Source: Myxococcota bacterium (GTDB lineage Bacteria; Myxococcota_A; UBA9160; UBA6930). From it: a stretch of DNA of 64,000 nucleotides. The stretch is from the NCBI GenBank assembly GCA_965223415.1, contig OZ245002.1, forward strand, positions 928,001 to 992,000, written 5' to 3'. The notes beneath the pieces were generated by a model that was given only the letters and a program-made list of their open reading frames with translations, had not been told where the DNA came from and did no database searches. The translations under genes were made by a program, and so were the position numbers. Below, in pieces: positions 20,106 to 29,523 of this stretch (its first letter is position 1; each line of letters begins with the position of its first letter).

Positions 20106-20300
20106 GACTCCTCCCTCCCTTCCGTGGCTCGGGGTGGGATCAGGCTAGCTCTCGGGTCCTCTCCCCGGCAGCCCGTGCGCAGGTGTGGCGACGAACACGA
20201 GCGGACGGGTACCGGGGTCACAAGGAACCCGGAATCCCCGACCGCTGTAATCCCTTCGAGCCGCGAGAAGGACGGGCCGGGCTCAAGGAGGATCTCCCTG

Positions 20301-20951
20301 GTGATCGAGTGTTCTCTCCGCCGCCCGCTGGCGGCATTGTCCCTGCTGGCCTGCCTGTTCACGCCGCTGGGAGCGCGGGCCCTGAGCCTGCTCGACCTGC
20401 AGGCCGGGACGTCGTTCGCGAGCGGCGACGGCAGCCTGATGTTCTCGTTCGAGCCGGGCAGCGTCGTGCTCGCTGGCGCGTTGGCGGCGGACCTGTCGCT
20501 CTACGACGTCCAGGTGCTGGCCGACGGATTCCGGGTGACCGGGCCGCTCTCCGTGGCCGACGGCGGAATCGGCGTGCTGGTCCTCGACTACGACGTCGGG
20601 GCCGTCGCGGGCACCCTCGCCTCCGCCACCCTGGCCAGCCTGCCCAGCGCGAGCGGAGCGGGAAGCCTGGCCTTCCTGGGCCAGGCGGCCAGCGGCCTGG
20701 GCTCCCAGGTGAACGCGGCGACCGGCGGCGGCCTCCTCGTGGCCAGCGATACGACGGCGGCGGCCGGCGGCACCACCTCCGTGGTGACCACGAGCCTCCA
20801 GCTCCTCACCCTGGGGACGGGCCAGCTGGCCGCGGTCGGCTGGTTCGAGCAGACGTTCGGGGTCGCCGTCCCCGAGCCCAGTACGAGCCTGCTGCTGCTG
20901 GCCGGAATGCTCGGCCTCGCCCTCCTCGGCAACCGCCGCGCCCTGAAATGA
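20301..20951 (+). CDS. PEP-CTERM sorting domain protein
   Basis: Signal peptide and C-terminal VPEPSTSLLLLAGMLGLALLGNRR. AAGGAGG RBS before GTG. Confidence 0.85.
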   Translation: MIECSLRRPLAALSLLACLFTPLGARALSLLDLQAGTSFASGDGSLMFSFEPGSVVLAGALAADLSLYDVQVLADGFRVTGPLSVADGGIGVLVLDYDVGAVAGTLASATLASLPSASGAGSLAFLGQAASGLGSQVNAATGGGLLVASDTTAAAGGTTSVVTTSLQLLTLGTGQLAAVGWFEQTFGVAVPEPSTSLLLLAGMLGLALLGNRRALK

Positions 20952-20954
20952 AGA

Positions 20955-20988
20955 AACGGGGCCGGGGTTTCTCGACTCCGGCCCCGTT
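20955..20988. terminator. Hairpin between convergent genes
   Basis: AACGGGGCCGGGG...CTCCGGCCCCGTT stem, with a T-rich tail on the minus strand. Confidence 0.65.
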
Positions 20989-20990
20989 CC

Positions 20991-21401
20991 TCAATACTCG
21001 ACCTTGCGGGGCAGGTCCTTGGCCTCGGCGACCCAGGCTTCCACCTGGGAGGTCGACGGGACCTGGCGGGTGAGCTTCTTCTCGTCGTTCACCTCGCGCA
21101 TCTTGGCCGCGAGGTTCTCGGCGTTTCGCTGGGCGAGCTCCTTCACCGTGTCCACGCCGGAGCACTCGAGGAGCTCCGCGTACTCGGAGCCGACGCCCTT
21201 GATGCGGAACAGGTCGGCCATGTTCACGAACTTGAGGAGCTGCTTCTCGCTGAGGCCGCTGGCCTCGGCCAGGGCCTCGCGGCCCTTGGGGTCACAGCCC
21301 TTCTCGAGCAGGCCGTCGGTGTCAACGACGCCGGCCGTCGTGAGCTTCTCGCGGGTGGCCGGGCCGATGCCCTCGATTTCGTCGATCTTGCGGTTCGCCA
21401 T
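20991..21401 (-). CDS. DUF4332 domain protein (helix-hairpin-helix motifs)
   Basis: IDEIEGIGP, ADLFRIKGVGSEYAELLE.SGVDTV.ELA.RN..NL. GAAGGAGG RBS. Confidence 0.9.
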   Translation of the reverse strand: MANRKIDEIEGIGPATREKLTTAGVVDTDGLLEKGCDPKGREALAEASGLSEKQLLKFVNMADLFRIKGVGSEYAELLECSGVDTVKELAQRNAENLAAKMREVNDEKKLTRQVPSTSQVEAWVAEAKDLPRKVEY

Positions 21402-21433
21402 GGCGGGGGTCCCTCCTTCTTGCACGGTGACGT

Positions 21434-23920
21434 TCACTCCCAGGCCGGCTCCGCGATCCCGTCGGCAGCCACCCGGAACGGCGCCCACACCAGGGCGACC
21501 CGCTCCACGGCGGTGTCGGACTTTCGCGTCCGGACCGGCAGCTCCACGAGCTCGAGCATGCTCTCGTCCACCTCGCGGCGGACCCGCTCGAGCTCGCTCT
21601 GGAGCTCCTGCTCCATCTCCTTGAGTTGCTCCTGCACGGCCTGGAGTTCCTCCTCGGCCCGCTCGATGTCGCCCTTCTCCCGCATCGCCCGGCTCGCCCC
21701 GCGGACCGCCGTCGTGGCCCGCCCGACGTTGCGGGCGCTGCCCAGCTTGCGGCCAAAGAGCGCCCCGAGCACCGTGGCGCCCATCGAGATCACGGTGCTG
21801 CGCTTGGAGGCGTCGTACTGCTCCTCCTCGCGCTCGAGCTTCTGCTCGGCGCGGCGCACCCGGGCCTCCAGACGCGCGATCTTCGGGGTGTACCTCTTGC
21901 GCAGCTTCTCGAGCTCCCGGTCCCGTTTCTCGTGGAGCTTCGTGCGCAGCCGCGCGCGGAAATCGCCCTCGCTCTCGCCGGGCTTCGAGGTCTCCTTGAG
22001 CTCCGCGCACTTCCACAGCGTCAACAGACACTCCCGGTAGACGTGGCTCTTCAGCATCTTGCCCCAACGCGGGTAGCTCTTGGCGCGGGTGGCGGCGGCG
22101 GGAAGCTCGCCGAAGGACGCCCCGGGCTCGGGCTCGCGCTCGAGATCGAGCAGCGCCGGATCGAGCCTGAGGCTGCCCTCGTCGTCCCAGGGCGAATCCC
22201 GGAGCGCCCCCACCAGAGGCACCTGGAAGCCCACCGTCTCCCAGCGGTCTACGCCGGCCCGGGTGTTGGCGTAGTGGATGCTCCCGACCCCGAGGAGCGT
22301 CGGCCGGTAGACGACCCTACCGTTGCCGATCGGCGCCACAACCGGCAGGAAGACCTGGTCGACTTCGGGCGCGACCACCGGAACCTCGGGCGCCACCGGG
22401 GCTTCGGCCTCCGGAGGCGGAACGGCCGCGACCGACGGAACCGGTGCGCCGGGCGCCGACGGCGCTGCCGCAGCGCCGCCCGCCTCGGCCTTCGGGGTGA
22501 GCCGGGCGATCTGCTCGCGGGTGAGCGGGCCGCGTAGGTACGACATCGCCCAGCGCGTGTGGAAGAGCACAGGCCCGTCCTCGTGGACGTTGTTGATCAG
22601 GAAGACCCGGCTGCCGAGACCCGCGAGCAGCCGCTCCATCTCGGCCCGGTCGAAGGCGGCGCCGGTCGTGGCGGACGCACCCTCCAGGCCCTCGATCACC
22701 CGCAGCTTGTCACGCTCGGTCTGGAGCCGCCCGAGCAACCAGGTGCCGGTGTTGGAGAGGCCCTTGTAGTCGAGGTCGACCGGGTTCTGGGTCGCGAGCA
22801 CGCAGCCGAGGCCATAGGCCCGCGCCTGCTTGAGTAGCGTGAGCATCGGCGTCTTCGACGGCGGGTTGGCGGTCGGCGGGAAGTAGCCGAAGACCTCGTC
22901 CATGTAGAGGATGGCGCGCAGGCTGTTCGTGCCCGGCTGGCTGCGCATCCACGCGACCATCTCGTTGAGCAGCAGCGTCACGAAGAACATGCGCTCGCTC
23001 TCGGAGAGGTGGGCGATCGACAGGATGGAGAGCCGCGGCTTGCCCTCCTCGGTGTAGAGGAGTCGCTGGACGTCGAGGGCCTCGCCCTCCATCCAGGCGG
23101 AGAAGCCCGGCGAGGCCAGCAGGTTGTTCAGGGTCATCGCCAGGGTCATGCGATCGGCGGCGGGGAAGAAGCTCTCCAGGTCGAAGACGCCGACGGTGTC
23201 GAAGGGCGGGCTCTGGATCTCGCGGATCAGGCTGGCCAGGTCGAGATCCCGGCCGGCGGACCAGGCGCGGTCGACCACGTTCGAGATGAGGATGTGCTCG
23301 CGGCTGCGGATCGGGTCCGGGTCCACGCCGAGCAGCGCGAGCAGGCCCGAAACGGTGGCCTGGATGCGCTCCCGGTGGGCGTCGGCGTCGGCCCGCAGGG
23401 CCTCGGGCGGCGCGGCGAGGCTCTTCAGGACGCGCAGGGGCCGGCCGGCGCTCGAGCCCGGCGTGTAGATGGCGAGGTCGACGGCCTCGCGGAAGGCGCG
23501 GATGCGCGCGCCGTCCTGACCCCAGTCGGCGAGCCCCTTCTTCCAGCGTCCGGCCACGGCCCGGGCGTGCTCGTCGGGCGTGCGCCCCTCCCGGCCGGCC
23601 TCCGCCTCGTCGATCCAGGGGCGGAAGTCGGCGGGGGCGAGATCCGGAAAGGTGAGCAGGAGGTTCCCCAGATCGCCCTTCGGATCGATGGCGATGGCCG
23701 GGATCCCGTCGAGGGCCGCCTCCTCGAGCAGTGAGACGCACAGGCCGGTCTTGCCGCTGCCGGTCATGCCCACACAGACCGCGTGGGTGGTCAGGTCCTT
23801 GGCGTCGTAGAGGAGCACCTCGTCGGTGCGCTCGCCGTCCGCGCCGACGGTGGCTCCGAGGTAGAAGGTGCCGAGCTTCTCGTAGGGGGCAGCCGCACCG
23901 CGGCTCTTCCGTGCCGTCAC
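21434..23920 (-). CDS. HerA/FtsK-superfamily ATPase (DUF87-like) with C-terminal coiled coil
   Basis: Walker A GMTGSGKT, IDPKGD, Walker B LYMDE and ATQNPVDLDYK. Confidence 0.85.
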   Translation of the reverse strand: MTARKSRGAAAPYEKLGTFYLGATVGADGERTDEVLLYDAKDLTTHAVCVGMTGSGKTGLCVSLLEEAALDGIPAIAIDPKGDLGNLLLTFPDLAPADFRPWIDEAEAGREGRTPDEHARAVAGRWKKGLADWGQDGARIRAFREAVDLAIYTPGSSAGRPLRVLKSLAAPPEALRADADAHRERIQATVSGLLALLGVDPDPIRSREHILISNVVDRAWSAGRDLDLASLIREIQSPPFDTVGVFDLESFFPAADRMTLAMTLNNLLASPGFSAWMEGEALDVQRLLYTEEGKPRLSILSIAHLSESERMFFVTLLLNEMVAWMRSQPGTNSLRAILYMDEVFGYFPPTANPPSKTPMLTLLKQARAYGLGCVLATQNPVDLDYKGLSNTGTWLLGRLQTERDKLRVIEGLEGASATTGAAFDRAEMERLLAGLGSRVFLINNVHEDGPVLFHTRWAMSYLRGPLTREQIARLTPKAEAGGAAAAPSAPGAPVPSVAAVPPPEAEAPVAPEVPVVAPEVDQVFLPVVAPIGNGRVVYRPTLLGVGSIHYANTRAGVDRWETVGFQVPLVGALRDSPWDDEGSLRLDPALLDLEREPEPGASFGELPAAATRAKSYPRWGKMLKSHVYRECLLTLWKCAELKETSKPGESEGDFRARLRTKLHEKRDRELEKLRKRYTPKIARLEARVRRAEQKLEREEEQYDASKRSTVISMGATVLGALFGRKLGSARNVGRATTAVRGASRAMREKGDIERAEEELQAVQEQLKEMEQELQSELERVRREVDESMLELVELPVRTRKSDTAVERVALVWAPFRVAADGIAEPAWE

Positions 23921-24075
23921 GGCCCCGTCTTACACCGGGCGAAGGGCCCTAGCAAACCGCCGGGGAGGGCCTCGGATGCGAGTGAGATCCGAGAGCCCGG
24001 CGGCCGTGGCCCGGCCCCTGGAATCGTGGTAAAGACGGGCCCCCGACCGTCTTCCGACGCCCGAGGAGACCCGCC

Positions 24076-24735
24076 ATGAGCCCCACTCCCAAGGATCTCT
24101 CCCTTCGACCGCTCGCCCTCGCCTGTGGGCTGCTGCTCGCCGTGGTCGGCACCGGCTGCGGTGAGGCCACCCCGGAGGAGAAGCTGGCCGAGGCCACCGA
24201 AGAGCTGACCGATGCGACCCACGCCAAGGAGGCGGCCCAGGCCACCCTCGACCAGCTCGAAAAGCGCCTCGGCGACGCTCAGGCCGCCCGGGACCAGGCC
24301 GCGGAAGCCTTCGAGGAGGTGCGCCAGCGCTGGCAGGACGCCAAGGACGCGGTGGGCGAGTTCGCCACGGACGAGGTGCTGCACCGGCAGGTCAACCGGG
24401 CTCTCATCGACGAGCCGGCCCTCGAGGGCGCCACCATCACCGCCGCCGTCGAGAACCGCGTCGTGACCCTGGTGGGCGGTGCGCCGGACGCGGAGGCCAT
24501 CGCCCTCGCCGCCGAGCTGGCCGACGCCATCCCCGGCGTGGCCGAGGTGGTCAGCCAGGTCGCCATCGAGAGCCCGGAGGTCGGTGCGCCGCCGGCGGAG
24601 GCGGCCCCCGAGGCGGAGCCGGCCCCGGAGGCGGAGGCGGCCCCGGAGGCGGAGGAAGAGCCCGCCATCGAGCTCCCGGGCCTGGAGGGGCGCGAAGAGG
24701 AAGAGACCGCCCGGCCCCCCGAAGCCCACCTGTAG
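24076..24735 (+). CDS. BON domain lipoprotein
   Basis: Lipobox GTGC, coiled coil, and BON pattern V.....V.L.G......A..LA..IPGV..V.SQV. Confidence 0.8.
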   Translation: MSPTPKDLSLRPLALACGLLLAVVGTGCGEATPEEKLAEATEELTDATHAKEAAQATLDQLEKRLGDAQAARDQAAEAFEEVRQRWQDAKDAVGEFATDEVLHRQVNRALIDEPALEGATITAAVENRVVTLVGGAPDAEAIALAAELADAIPGVAEVVSQVAIESPEVGAPPAEAAPEAEPAPEAEAAPEAEEEPAIELPGLEGREEEETARPPEAHL

Positions 24736-24747
24736 GGGCGGGACGAG

Positions 24748-24799
24748 GGGGACGTTCCTTTCCGTGCCACGGCAGCGTGAGACGGAAAGGAACGTCCCC
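24748..24799. repeat. 18-bp perfect inverted repeat (REP-like)
   Basis: GGGGACGTTCCTTTCCGT / ACGGAAAGGAACGTCCCC. The core AAGGAACGTCCCC recurs at about 44296 and 50103. Confidence 0.75.
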
Positions 24800-24837
24800 T
24801 TGTCCCACGCGCGCGAGGTCCGACACTCCGTTCCGTC

Positions 24838-26739
24838 ATGCACGCCACGCCGAGCTTCACGTTCGCTCTGGCCCTCGGCATCGGGGTAACGTGCCAGCTG
24901 ATCGCCCGGCATCTGCGGATGCCGACCATCGTGCTGCTGTTGGCGGCGGGCGTGTTGGTCGGGCCGGACGGGCTGGGCTGGATCCACCCGCGAGCCCTCG
25001 GCGAGAGCGGGCTGTTCGGGCTCGTCTCGCTGGCCGTCGCGATCATCCTGTTCGAGGGCGGCCTCGCCCTGGACCTCGGGGCCCTGCGCCGCGCGGCGGC
25101 TCCGATCCGCCGGCTCGTCACTCTCGGCGCGATCGTCACCGCCCTCGGAGGGGCGGCGGCCGCCCACCTGTTCATGGGCTGGGAGGATCCGCGGCTGGCG
25201 CTGCTGTTCGGAACGCTGGTGATCGTCACGGGCCCGACGGTCATCCGGCCGTTGCTGCGCAACGTGCCGCTGCGGCCCAAGCTCGCGACGGTGCTCGAGG
25301 CCGAGGGGCTGCTCATCGACCCGGTCGGCGCCATCGTCGCCGGCGTGGCCCTCCAGCTGGTGGTGCTGGAGCCGGGGGCGAGCCCGCTGACCTCCGGCGC
25401 CACCGGCCTGGCCGCCCGCACCGCGTTCGGCGCGGTGGCCGGCCTGGTGATCGGCTTCCTGCTGGCCGGGCTGCTGCGCTTCCGACGGGCGGTGCCCGAA
25501 GGCCTCGAGAACCTGGTCGCCCTCGGTGGCGCGTTGGTGGGCTTCGAGCTGTGCGAGGCGCTGCTGACCGAGAGCGGCATCCTGGCCGTGACGGTCGCCG
25601 GTGTCGTGGTCGGCAACATCGAGCAGCGGGTGGCCCGGGAGCTGGGCGAGTTCCAGGAGCACCTGACCATCGGGCTGATCGGGCTCCTGTTCGTGCTGCT
25701 CGCGGCGGACGTGCGCCTGGCCGACGTCTTCGGCCTCGGGCTGCCGGGCGTGCTCACCGTGGTGTCCCTCGCCCTGGTCGTGCGCCCCCTGAACGTCTGG
25801 CTGTGCACCACCGGCTCGGACCTCGGCTGGCGGGAGCGGGCCTTCCTGGGCTGGGTCGCGCCGCGGGGCGTGGTCGCCGCCGCCATCGCCTCCCTCGCCG
25901 CCGGCTTCCTGGAAGAGGAGGGGATCGCCGGTGCCGAGGCCATCCGCGCCCTGGTCTTCCTGACCATCGCCGCCACCGTGATCCTGCAGGGCGGAACGGC
26001 GCCGCTCGTCGCGCGGATCCTGGGCGTGCGGGCCCCGGGCCGGGAGATGCTCGTGGTGCTGGGGGCCGAGGAGCTGGGCTTCGCCTTCGCCCAGGCCCAG
26101 GGCCTGCCGAAGGAGCAGGTCCTGTTCACGGACTCCAACCCCCTCCACTGCCGGGCCGCCGAGTCCCGCGGCTACCGGGTGGTCTGGGGCAACGCCTTGG
26201 AGGAGCGCACCGTGGCGCGGATGCGGCTGGAGCGGGCGCGGGCGGTGGTGGGGCTGACGCCGAACAACGAGGTGAACCACCACTTCGCCGGCGAGGCCAA
26301 GGAGGAGTACGGCGTACCCGCGACCTACGCCGCGATCGGCCGCGACAGCAGCGAGGTGGCGGCGCGCATCGTGCGCAAGCAGGCCGGGCGTGTGCTGTTC
26401 GACGGGCCGAAGGAGGTGGAGCGCTGGAACGTGCGGCTGCGCCACGGCGACGCGGAGATCCTGCGGCTCGAGCGCATCGCAGCACCGGAGCCGGAGGAGC
26501 CCGCCGCCGAGAGCCCGGGCCGCGCCGACGATCCGGACCCCTACCTCATGCTCGCCGTCGAGCGGGCCGGAAGGACGGAGCCCATGTTCGAGCGCTTCGA
26601 GCCGGCCGAGGGCGACCGGGCGATCGTGGCGGTCCACTCGCCGGAGCGCGAGGCGGCCATGGCGCGCCTGGGCGCGCAGGGTTGGTGGCCCGCGGTTCCC
26701 CGAGCCACCGACGACGACCCGGAGACGAACGGCGGTTGA
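24838..26739 (+). CDS. Cation:proton antiporter (CPA1/NhaP) with TrkA_N-like C-terminal domain
   Basis: About 12 TM helices with ILFEGG, TGPTVI, EGLLIDP and PRGVVAAA, followed by a soluble GNA-containing domain. Confidence 0.9.
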   Translation: MHATPSFTFALALGIGVTCQLIARHLRMPTIVLLLAAGVLVGPDGLGWIHPRALGESGLFGLVSLAVAIILFEGGLALDLGALRRAAAPIRRLVTLGAIVTALGGAAAAHLFMGWEDPRLALLFGTLVIVTGPTVIRPLLRNVPLRPKLATVLEAEGLLIDPVGAIVAGVALQLVVLEPGASPLTSGATGLAARTAFGAVAGLVIGFLLAGLLRFRRAVPEGLENLVALGGALVGFELCEALLTESGILAVTVAGVVVGNIEQRVARELGEFQEHLTIGLIGLLFVLLAADVRLADVFGLGLPGVLTVVSLALVVRPLNVWLCTTGSDLGWRERAFLGWVAPRGVVAAAIASLAAGFLEEEGIAGAEAIRALVFLTIAATVILQGGTAPLVARILGVRAPGREMLVVLGAEELGFAFAQAQGLPKEQVLFTDSNPLHCRAAESRGYRVVWGNALEERTVARMRLERARAVVGLTPNNEVNHHFAGEAKEEYGVPATYAAIGRDSSEVAARIVRKQAGRVLFDGPKEVERWNVRLRHGDAEILRLERIAAPEPEEPAAESPGRADDPDPYLMLAVERAGRTEPMFERFEPAEGDRAIVAVHSPEREAAMARLGAQGWWPAVPRATDDDPETNGG

Positions 26740-26836
26740 CAGCGGGCCGGCTTCCCCGGGTTTCGAGTCTTGTCAAGATTTGGATTCCCGGGGGAGATGA
26801 TCTACTCGTGTTCGTCTTGCCGAAAGAGGGACCGGG

Positions 26837-28930
26837 GTGCCCGACCGGATCGTCACCGATGAGCTCGCCCTGCTCGAGCTTGTGAACGAAGCGCTGGACA
26901 GCGCTCCGGCCCCCAAGGCTCCCTCGGAATCGAACCTGGTCGACGATCTCGAGCGCATCCGCGAGCAGCTCGTCCGCGGCGAGATGGACTACTTCGAGCG
27001 CTCCGCCCTGAACACGCGCTGGAACAACCAGAGCGCGCTCCTCGAGCAGCTGCGCAAGTCCCGCAGTGCGCCGCAGGTCGACCCGGCTTCGCCCTACTTC
27101 GCTCACCTCCGCATCCGGGAAGGCGAGCGCGTGCGCGACCTGTGCCTCGGTCGCGCGACCCGGCTCGACCACGGGCTGCGCATCGTCGATTGGCGTCACG
27201 CGCCGATCGCCCAGCTCTTCTACCGCTACCAGCAGGGGGAAGAGTTCGAGGAGGAGATCACCGGCCGCACCCACGAGGGCACGATCGAGGCGCGGCGCAC
27301 GGTGACCATCCGCGAAGGACGCCTCGAGCGGGTGGACGCGCCGGAAGGCACCTTCCAGCTCGACCCGAACCATCCGGAAGGCTGGCGGCGAACCGCCCAC
27401 CAGGCGCCCAAGCTGGGCGGCGGCGAGGGGACGGCGCTTCGGGTCCACGCGGCCGGCGAGGGCGCGGCGCGGCAGCTCGGAACCGACGTGGACGGCGGGA
27501 TCCAGCGGGCGGACAAGCACCTGCCGGACATCGCCGCCCTGATCGACCCGGAGCAGTTCGCCCTGATCGCGAGGCCTTCGGCCGGCCCGGTCGTGATCCG
27601 CGGCGCGGCGGGCTCGGGCAAGACGACGGTCGCGCTCCATCGCATCGCCTACCTCGCCTACGACGACCCGCAGATCGACTCGGCGGCGACGCTCTTCGTC
27701 GTGTTCTCCTCGGGCCTGCGGGACTACGTGAGCCACGTGCTGCCGGCGCTGGGCGTCGAGCGCGTGCGGGTCCAGACCTTCCGCGACTGGGCCGCGGAGC
27801 ATCGCAAGCGCCTCTTCCCGGCCCTGCCCGATCGGCACCGGGACGACACGCCCGCTCTCGCCCAGCGGCTGAAGCTGCACCCGGCCCTGCTGGTCGCCCT
27901 CGAGCGCCAGGTGGCGAGCGCGGACGGCAAGGCCTCGGCCGCCCAGGTGCTCGACGACTGGGTGAGCGTGCTGACGAACCGCGAGCTGCTCTTCGAGGTG
28001 TTCGCCGAGCACGCGCCCGAGGCCTTCAGCGAGAGCCGCCTCGCCGAGGCGACCGACTGGTGCCGGCGCCGGCACGAGGAGTGTCAGGCGTGGATGGAGG
28101 GCGACCGGGAGGTCCAGGCGGAGCTCGACCCGGAGGACGACGCCCTGCTGCTGCGGCTCTGGCAGCTGCGCGGCGGGCCGATCAGCGGCCCGGGCGGACA
28201 GCCCGTCGAGTACCGCCACGTGGCGATCGACGAGGTGCAGGACTTCTCGCCTCTCGAGGTGCAGGTGCTGATGGACTGCCTCGACGCGCGGCGCAGCCTC
28301 ACCCTGGCCGGCGATACCCAGCAGCACGTGATGCAGGAGGCGGGCTTCACCTCCTGGAGGGATTTCTTCCGGCACCTAGGCATCGAGGGGACCTCCGTCG
28401 AGACCCTCCAGGTGAGCTACCGCTCCTCGGACGAGATCGCGCGCTTCGGCCAGGCCGTGCTGGGCCCGCTGCGGGAGGACGACATCCCGCTCGTGACGAC
28501 GCGCAGCGGCCCACCGGTCGAGCTCTTCCACTACACGGACCACGGCGCCTGCATCCCTTCCCTGGCCGACGCCCTCGGCCAGCTCGCCGACGCGGAGCCC
28601 CTGGCCTCCGTCGCGCTCCTCACGCCGAGTCCGGACATCTCGGCCCTCTACCACGAGGGCCTCGCAAACTGCGACGTGCCGCGCCTTCACCGGGTGCAGC
28701 GCCAGGATTTCCGCTTCGGGCCGGGCATCGAGATCACCGAGATCGAGCAGGTGAAGGGCCTCGAGTACGACTACGTCATCCTCGTCGACGTGAGCGAGCA
28801 GCACTTCCGCGACGAGCCCAAGGCCCGCCGCCTCCTCCACGTCGGCGCCACCCGCGCCGTCCACCAGCTCTGGCTGACCAGCGTCGGCACCCCCTCCCCG
28901 ATCGTCCGCGAAGCCATCGAGAAGATTTAG
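26837..28930 (+). CDS. HelD-like SF1 helicase/ATPase
   Basis: SPYFAHL, IVDWR.API, GAAGSGKTTVALHRIAYL, IDEVQD, GD.QQ, KGLEYD and TRA motifs. Confidence 0.85.
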   Translation: MPDRIVTDELALLELVNEALDSAPAPKAPSESNLVDDLERIREQLVRGEMDYFERSALNTRWNNQSALLEQLRKSRSAPQVDPASPYFAHLRIREGERVRDLCLGRATRLDHGLRIVDWRHAPIAQLFYRYQQGEEFEEEITGRTHEGTIEARRTVTIREGRLERVDAPEGTFQLDPNHPEGWRRTAHQAPKLGGGEGTALRVHAAGEGAARQLGTDVDGGIQRADKHLPDIAALIDPEQFALIARPSAGPVVIRGAAGSGKTTVALHRIAYLAYDDPQIDSAATLFVVFSSGLRDYVSHVLPALGVERVRVQTFRDWAAEHRKRLFPALPDRHRDDTPALAQRLKLHPALLVALERQVASADGKASAAQVLDDWVSVLTNRELLFEVFAEHAPEAFSESRLAEATDWCRRRHEECQAWMEGDREVQAELDPEDDALLLRLWQLRGGPISGPGGQPVEYRHVAIDEVQDFSPLEVQVLMDCLDARRSLTLAGDTQQHVMQEAGFTSWRDFFRHLGIEGTSVETLQVSYRSSDEIARFGQAVLGPLREDDIPLVTTRSGPPVELFHYTDHGACIPSLADALGQLADAEPLASVALLTPSPDISALYHEGLANCDVPRLHRVQRQDFRFGPGIEITEIEQVKGLEYDYVILVDVSEQHFRDEPKARRLLHVGATRAVHQLWLTSVGTPSPIVREAIEKI

Positions 28931-28998
28931 AAACGGGGCCAGAGTTAAGAATTCAGTTCCCTTCGGGGAACTGAATTCTTAACTCTGGCCCCGTTTCT
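28929..28998. repeat. 33-bp perfect inverted repeat with a cTTCGg loop (REP-like or terminator)
   Basis: AGAAACGGGGCCAGAGTTAAGAATTCAGTTCCC-TTCG-reverse complement. AT-rich compared with the surrounding DNA. Confidence 0.88.
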
Positions 28999-29504
28999 TC
29001 ACGTTTCTTCAGCGGGCGTTCGTACCAGGCGACGTCCCAGTAGCGGTCGTGCTTGCGGCCGACCTCGGTGAAGGTGCCGACGGGCGTGAAGCCGAAGCGC
29101 TCGTGGAGGCGGATCGAGGGCTCGTTGGGGAGCGTGATCCCGGCCAGGATGCGGTGGAGGTCCTCGCCAGCAAGGGCGTCGAAGAGCGCGCCGTAGAGCC
29201 GCGCGCCGTGGCCGCGGCCCTGGCTCTCCGGCGCCAGGTAGATCGTGGTCTCCACCGAGGTGGCGTAGGCGGGCTTGGCGCGGAAGGGCATCGAGCCGGC
29301 GTAGCCCCGGACGGCGCCCTCCTCCTCCAGCACGAGCAGACGGTGGGGGCCGCCGGCGAACTGGGCGAGCCACGCCTCGCGCTCCTTCTCGCGGAAGGTC
29401 CGAACGTCGAAGGTGACCGGACCGTCCTCCACGAAGTGGTTGTAGATCGCGGTGATCGCGGCGAGATCGTCCCGGCGGGCGGGGCGAACGAGGGGCAGGG
29501 CCAT
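28953..29504 (-). CDS. GNAT N-acetyltransferase (phosphinothricin acetyltransferase/YncA-like)
   Basis: IYNHFV, AYATSVETTIYL, QGRGHG.RLY, N.PSIRLHERFGF and VGRK...WDV. Confidence 0.9.
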   Translation of the reverse strand: MALPLVRPARRDDLAAITAIYNHFVEDGPVTFDVRTFREKEREAWLAQFAGGPHRLLVLEEEGAVRGYAGSMPFRAKPAYATSVETTIYLAPESQGRGHGARLYGALFDALAGEDLHRILAGITLPNEPSIRLHERFGFTPVGTFTEVGRKHDRYWDVAWYERPLKKREETGPELRIQFPEGN

Positions 29505-29523
29505 GGCGCTATCCTGGCACGTC

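Noticed and set aside
24595..24660. 18-bp tandem repeat
   Set aside because: It encodes a low-complexity APEAE(A/P) linker in the BON lipoprotein, which is ordinary.
29502..29505. Divergent genes sharing overlapping ATG codons in CATG
   Set aside because: The xdhC-like gene more plausibly starts at GTG 29524 (MRELRDI), leaving a 19-bp gap with a -10 box.
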